Assembly: GCA_029564175.1 (NCBI GenBank) | Contig: JAKQQL010000106.1 | Location: forward strand, 1-11,904 | Source: Candidatus Cloacimonadota bacterium | GTDB taxonomy: Bacteria > Cloacimonadota > Cloacimonadia > Cloacimonadales > WRIO01 | Reading direction: 5' to 3' | Length of the DNA: 11,904 bases | Shown: positions 7,521-11,904 of the stretch, in pieces | Layout of the letters: every line of letters starts with the position of its first letter | Position numbering within the stretch: position 1 is the stretch's first letter | Program-made: the position numbers and the translations under genes | The notes under the pieces: model-generated | The model's input: only the letters and a program-made list of their open reading frames with translations | Database searches by the model: none | What the model was told of the DNA's origin: nothing

Positions 7521-7726
7521 AGGCTTGTAGCATTTTTTTGTGCTTTAAGATTTGATTTAGATGTTTTCAGGTTGAGTAAGAGCAGATTACCATTACATTG
7601 TTTTATTGATAGGCATTTCATTTTTTAAAAGGAAAGGATAAGGGAAGGAAAAGGAAAGAATAAGAAAATGAAGATATATTTTTTCAAAATTTTTGTAAAA
7701 ATATTTGCCATTTGAAGAACAAAAGT

Positions 7727-7759
7727 AAAAAAGGCAATCACAAGTGATCGCCTTTTTTT
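7727..7759 (-). terminator. Intrinsic terminator of fusA
   Basis: Minus strand reads A7-GGCGATCAC-tt-GTGATTGCC-T6 (one G-U pair), 19 nt after the stop codon. Confidence 0.9.
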
Positions 7760-7778
7760 AGATTTATTTTTCCCTGAA

Positions 7779-9857
7779 TTAATCTTTGTTTTTAGCGTTT
7801 AAATCTTTAATGATTTGTTCTTCAATGTTTTTAGGTACTTTTTCATATTTAAGGAATTCCAGTGTAAATTCTGATTTACCCTGAGTTAATGAACGAAGAA
7901 CAGTTGCATATCCGAAGACTTCAGACAATGGAATTGTCGCATCGATTTGTGTAAAAGCACCATCAACAGTAGTATCAAGTACAACACCACGTCTTTGGTT
8001 TACACTACCCATAACTGTTCCACGGAATTCAGATGGCATTTCAATGTTGAGTTTCATGATTGGTTCAAGAATTCTTGGTTTTGCTTTACGGTAAGATTCT
8101 TTAAAAGCCTGGATAGAAGCTAATTCAAAAGCCAGGTTTGAAGAGTCAACCGGATGGAAGTTACCGTCATTGATCGTCATTTTAACGCCAACCACAGGGA
8201 AACCAATCAAAGAGCCTTTATCAAGGCATGCGTTAAAGCCTTTTTCTGTTGCAGGCATGAAAGTACCAGGGATTACACCGCCTTTGATATCATCTACAAA
8301 TTCATTGTCATCAGATCCAGAAAGTTCCAGAATACCAGCCACACGTGCATACTGACCACGACCACCAGACTGTTTCTTATGAGTATAATCAAATTTAACA
8401 GATTCAGTAATGGTCTCACGGTAAGAAACCTGAGGCATACCGACTTCCAGTTCGACTTTATATTCACGTTTCATACGTTCAATATAGACATCCAGGTGAA
8501 GCTCACCCATACCTCTGATAATGGTTTCGTTGGATTCTTCATCTACATACATTTTGAAAGTAGGATCTTCTTTGACGAAGCGGTTGAGTGCTTTACTCAT
8601 ATTATCCTGAGACTTCTTGTCTTTGGCAGTAATAGCCAGAGAAATAATCGGTTCAGGCACAAACATAGATTTTAAAGAATAGTTGATATCTCCAGAGACA
8701 AAAGTATCTCCCAGTGAGCATTCAATACCAAATAAGGCGATAATATCACCTGCATAAGCTTCTTCAATATCCTCCATTGAGCTAGCGTGCATACGAATCA
8801 AACGACCGACTTTAAAACGTTTTTTCTGAGAAACATTGTAAAGATCTGAACCTTTTCTGATTTTACCCTGATAAATACGAACATAAGTCAGCTGACCATA
8901 AACCTGATTGTCCAGTTTGAAAGCCATCGCAACTGTTTCAGCATTAGGATCAGAAGTTAAAGGCACTTCCACTTCTTTATGATCAAGATCATAAGCAACG
9001 TTTTTACGGTCAGTTGGAGCAGGTAAATAAGCTAAAACGGCATCAAGAAGCGTCTGAACACCTTTATTTTTATAAGCAGAACCCATGAATACAGGGGTAA
9101 GCTCGGTTGCCAGCACACCATTACGAATCGCAGTAACCAACATATCATTGCTGACATTACCTTCAAGGAAAGCTTCCATTAATTCATCAGAAAACATAGA
9201 CGCTTTGTCTTCAAGCTCTTCACGAAGGGTTTTCGCTTCTTCAAGCATGTGAGCAGGGATTTCTTCTACACGAATTTCAGTACCTGAAGGACCTTCATAA
9301 TAATAAGCCTTCATCTGAATCAGATCAACAATCCCTTCAAATTTATCTTCAAGACCAATCGGCATCTGAGCTAAAACAGCATTACGGCCTAATTTCTCGA
9401 TTAACTGATCTTTTACTTTATATGGATTAGCACCGGTACGGTCTAATTTATTAACAAATGCAATACATGGTACACCATAACGTTTCATCTGGCGGTCAAC
9501 AGTGATAGACTGAGACTGAACACCACCTACTGAACATAAAACTAAAATCGCTCCATCTAACACGCGAAGCGCATTTTCCACTTCAATAGTGAAGTCAACG
9601 TGACCAGGTGTATCAATAATATTAATTGTTGTATCATTCCATTCAACATTTGTAGAAGCAGAACTGATAGTAATACCACGTTCTTTTTCAAGCTCCATAG
9701 AGTCCATGGTGGCACCTACGCCATCTTTACCGCGAACTTCATGAATCGCATGGATTTTATTCGTATAAAACAGAATTCTTTCTGTCAGCGTAGTTTTTCC
9801 TGAGTCGATATGCGCACTGATACCGATATTTCTGACTTTGCTAATGTCGTACTTCAT
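7779..9857 (-). CDS. fusA: Elongation factor G (692 aa), spdEFG1/mtEFG1-like
   Basis: G1 [10 protein letters not shown]2 ERGITI, G3 DTPGH, G4 NKLD, plus [18 protein letters not shown] and LEPIM. Start moved from the ORF-track 9935 to ATG 9857 ([23 protein letters not shown]). Confidence 0.97.
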   Translation of the reverse strand: MKYDISKVRNIGISAHIDSGKTTLTERILFYTNKIHAIHEVRGKDGVGATMDSMELEKERGITISSASTNVEWNDTTINIIDTPGHVDFTIEVENALRVLDGAILVLCSVGGVQSQSITVDRQMKRYGVPCIAFVNKLDRTGANPYKVKDQLIEKLGRNAVLAQMPIGLEDKFEGIVDLIQMKAYYYEGPSGTEIRVEEIPAHMLEEAKTLREELEDKASMFSDELMEAFLEGNVSNDMLVTAIRNGVLATELTPVFMGSAYKNKGVQTLLDAVLAYLPAPTDRKNVAYDLDHKEVEVPLTSDPNAETVAMAFKLDNQVYGQLTYVRIYQGKIRKGSDLYNVSQKKRFKVGRLIRMHASSMEDIEEAYAGDIIALFGIECSLGDTFVSGDINYSLKSMFVPEPIISLAITAKDKKSQDNMSKALNRFVKEDPTFKMYVDEESNETIIRGMGELHLDVYIERMKREYKVELEVGMPQVSYRETITESVKFDYTHKKQSGGRGQYARVAGILELSGSDDNEFVDDIKGGVIPGTFMPATEKGFNACLDKGSLIGFPVVGVKMTINDGNFHPVDSSNLAFELASIQAFKESYRKAKPRILEPIMKLNIEMPSEFRGTVMGSVNQRRGVVLDTTVDGAFTQIDATIPLSEVFGYATVLRSLTQGKSEFTLEFLKYEKVPKNIEEQIIKDLNAKNKD

Positions 9858-9993
9858 TGAGTCCCTTTCATTCATCTTTTTTATATTTTTCTTGCATATA
9901 GGCTTTTTGGGTTTTTCCACGAATTTCAGATCCATGGGGCATTTATTACAGCCCTTAATGAATCATGGCTTATAACAAATTGATATATGCATA

Positions 9994-10025
9994 ATCAAAA
10001 GATTTAAATCAGGCTTTTTCGTCAA
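9994..10025 (-). promoter_or_regulatory. Candidate fusA promoter
   Basis: TTGACG at 10025-10020 in an ACTTGAC context; only a weak -10 (TTTGAT) at 20-nt spacing. Confidence 0.3.
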
Positions 10026-10098
10026 GTATTTATTCATGATTCACCTGTAAATTTTTCTTCACAATTCTTTAAATTAGCTGATGTTGCGACATTGTGAC

Positions 10099-11391
10099 TT
10101 ACATATCCTTAGTCATTTTTAAACAATTTACTTGTGAAAGACGTTTTAAAAAAGAACCCGCATTCGAAGTTTCTCCAGGATATAAATCTGTTACAACCAT
10201 CCTGTTGACGACACGAATGATCGTATCATCTCCTTCTTGTTCCAAATATTTATACAAACAATGCAAGACATAGGCTTTTTCTTTGTAATGACCTATGTAA
10301 AGCATGATGTGCCCTGGAAAGCGTAAGAAAGAAATGCCAGGCAACGTTTTTCTGATAAGCCAGGTTTCCATGCTTTCTGTTTCGGCTAATGGTGTCTCTG
10401 AATGATAGAGTGTATGCCCTGCCTTACCCTGAGTGATCCCATTTCGAGGCAAAAAAATACCAAAAGTGGCAAAAGTTAACTGTAAAAATTTCGAACAATC
10501 AATGAATTGATGGCTATCTCCCCAACCATAAGGCAAATGCAGAAATTTAAAAGCCTGCTCAAAAATGTTTCTCAATGTACAGGTCAAATACCCATGACAA
10601 ACATCCTTTTTTAAGATATAAGAAATTCCTGTCGAATTCGAAGGATCAAAAATACCATAAGCACTGGCACTTTCATCTCGAAAATAAAGACTGGCACCCA
10701 TTCGGACAGTTCCGGTGAAACGAGTACAGTCACTATCGGCAAATAATGGCGCATAAGCGCTGATAACAGTTAATTGTTTTTCTTGAATAACATGGGCATC
10801 ATTCTCCAATACAGCGATATTTTCTTTCAAAATCCAGCCACATGTGGACTGATTAATTTGTAATACCCAGCGATTATCAGGCGTTTCAGCACATATCCAA
10901 CATAAAGTACCGAAATCAAGGGCATTATTTTGTAAGAAATCAAATTCAAAATCATCTGGTTTTTCCATCCATACATCAGCAATAGGTAGAAGTCTTTCAT
11001 CTGAATGATGACAAAGCATTGCAAAAACTGGCTTTTTGTACCAGACCACATAGTTAAAATAGGGCATTATCCGCTCAACCGTTAAACGTTTACCATTAAG
11101 CAGATGAAGCTCCTTTTTCATAAACATTTCCTGATATTCCTGAACACTTTCTTTACACTGATCAATCAGCCTGTGTAATGAGCTTAATTGCCTGAGTGGT
11201 TCATTAACGTTATTGATCAGCTTACGAAGCAGAGAAGAGTCATTCAGCTGCCGAATATCTTCATCTGTTAAAATAGTTTCGTCTATATGATCCAGTCTGC
11301 TTAACCAGAAATATGGGGAGTTCATTTCCGGTTCTGTTCCTGGTATTAAGTTTAGTGAAGCTTGTTTTTGAAACATATCTACTCTTTTCAT
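10099..11391 (-). CDS. NlpC/P60 (C40) cysteine peptidase with probable N-terminal SH3b-like domains; gamma-D-glutamyl peptidoglycan-peptide hydrolase-like
   Basis: C-terminal AFKFLHLPYGWG...IDCS (Cys codon 10497-10495)...FGIFLPRN...Q...PGHIMLYIG...VLH. Upstream SH3-like segment NRWVLQINQSTCGWI. The start could be 11391 or the next Met (MFQKQ). Confidence 0.88.
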   Translation of the reverse strand: MKRVDMFQKQASLNLIPGTEPEMNSPYFWLSRLDHIDETILTDEDIRQLNDSSLLRKLINNVNEPLRQLSSLHRLIDQCKESVQEYQEMFMKKELHLLNGKRLTVERIMPYFNYVVWYKKPVFAMLCHHSDERLLPIADVWMEKPDDFEFDFLQNNALDFGTLCWICAETPDNRWVLQINQSTCGWILKENIAVLENDAHVIQEKQLTVISAYAPLFADSDCTRFTGTVRMGASLYFRDESASAYGIFDPSNSTGISYILKKDVCHGYLTCTLRNIFEQAFKFLHLPYGWGDSHQFIDCSKFLQLTFATFGIFLPRNGITQGKAGHTLYHSETPLAETESMETWLIRKTLPGISFLRFPGHIMLYIGHYKEKAYVLHCLYKYLEQEGDDTIIRVVNRMVVTDLYPGETSNAGSFLKRLSQVNCLKMTKDM

Positions 11392-11406
11392 CTTAATCTT
11401 AAAGTA

Positions 11407-11435
11407 ATCATAGTATTTTTAGCTCATTAAGTCAA
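11407..11435 (-). promoter_or_regulatory. Candidate sigma70-type promoter of the NlpC/P60 gene
   Basis: TTGACT (11435-11430)-N17-TATGAT (11412-11407); implies a leader of only about 10 nt before ATG 11391. Confidence 0.55.
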
Positions 11436-11468
11436 GTTTTTTAAAAGAATATTTTTTTGAACAGAAGG

Positions 11469-11735
11469 GTAACTATTCAGGTATTTGGTTACACAGTAAA
11501 TATGCATCTGTAAAATGTCAAAACGGTCCGTAGGGATGTGCGAAACGGAGCTTGCGGAGTGCCGTACATCCGAAAAACAAAAGAAAAACTACCTTGATCT
11601 GTGTATCATACAGGTATTCTAAGCAGATTTACGACGCTTCGCTTCGCAAATCCCTACAGCTGCTTTAAATTTATCATTTATTGCACAGCATTTATTACCG
11701 TTTTTTAAAATATTAACCCATACTTGAGTAGTTAC
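11469..11735. mobile_element. 267-bp non-coding element with terminal inverted repeats (MITE-like) enclosing an inverted GTAG REP-like doublet
   Basis: Left end GTAACTATTCAGGTAT, right end ATACTTGAGTAGTTAC (14/16). Internal units at 11530-11571 (+) and 11625-11657 (-) share GTAGGGAT[G/T]TGCGAA (14/15). A partial second copy begins at the same GTAAC at 7200. Confidence 0.7.
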
Positions 11736-11800
11736 AAAAAAAACATTGATGGATTTACGATTAGAGGGCTTTGAATTAGTCATTATAAAAAAAACAAAGG

Positions 11801-11809
11801 TGGTATAAT
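11801..11809 (+). promoter_or_regulatory. Candidate extended -10 promoter for a divergent gene beyond the window
   Basis: TGgTATAAT; no clear -35; the downstream gene is not visible. Confidence 0.4.
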
Positions 11810-11904
11810 ATCATTACCTACTCATATTCGGCGTTTTTTGGCCAGTTTTTGAACTTTTTTGATGCTTTTTACTCTCTTTTTGGAGGTCTATCCAAAATTT
11901 AGAC

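Noticed and set aside
7627..7674. Purine-rich tract (GGAAAG/GGATAA-like units)
   Set aside because: Low complexity with irregular period and no second copy in the window; cannot be assigned a function.
7052..7726. T-box riboswitch upstream of ileS
   Set aside because: No T-box consensus (AANNAGGGTGGTACCGCG-like) on the minus strand, and the candidate promoter is only about 35-65 nt from the first gene.
9858..9935. 26-aa N-terminal extension of EF-G
   Set aside because: Low-complexity Lys-rich translation of an A-rich leader; the SD and EF-G homology start at 9857.
708..11051. Short overlapping or antisense ORFs (708-935, 1242-1493, 1791-2054, 3568-3834, 3983-4216, 4956-5342, 5473-5940, 6291-6497, 6469-6714, 8154-8675, 8170-8355, 9600-9803, 10827-11051)
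   Set aside because: All lie within, or almost entirely within, long well-supported genes and show no recognisable motifs; they are shadow ORFs.
11882..11904. GGAGGT Shine-Dalgarno suggesting a plus-strand gene start
   Set aside because: No ATG, GTG or TTG at a usable distance inside the window; a non-canonical ATC start cannot be supported without downstream sequence.

Overview
AT-rich bacterial chromosomal window with five genes, all on the minus strand. In transcription order they are an NlpC/P60 peptidase (10099-11391), a stand-alone elongation factor G of the spdEFG1/mtEFG1 type (7779-9857), a 96-aa Cys4 protein (6761-7051), a type 2 isoleucyl-tRNA synthetase with a non-canonical GIHH signature (3580-6732), and a large secreted beta-propeller-like protein with a FlgD-Ig/T9SS-like C-terminal domain (445-3330). 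That C-terminal domain style suggests an FCB-related organism such as Cloacimonadota (inference only). The coding content is mostly housekeeping. The most unusual signal is non-coding: the intergenic regions 1-440, 3430-3580, 7052-7778 and 11392-11904 are patchworks of at least five recurring short modules. These are GTAG/GTAC REP-like hairpins with compensatory stem changes, an inverted pair of GC-rich double hairpins, 7-mer and 9-mer periodic tracts, and a 267-bp GTAAC...GTTAC-bounded element with a truncated second copy. No transposase or recombinase is encoded in the window. All alignments were made by eye.
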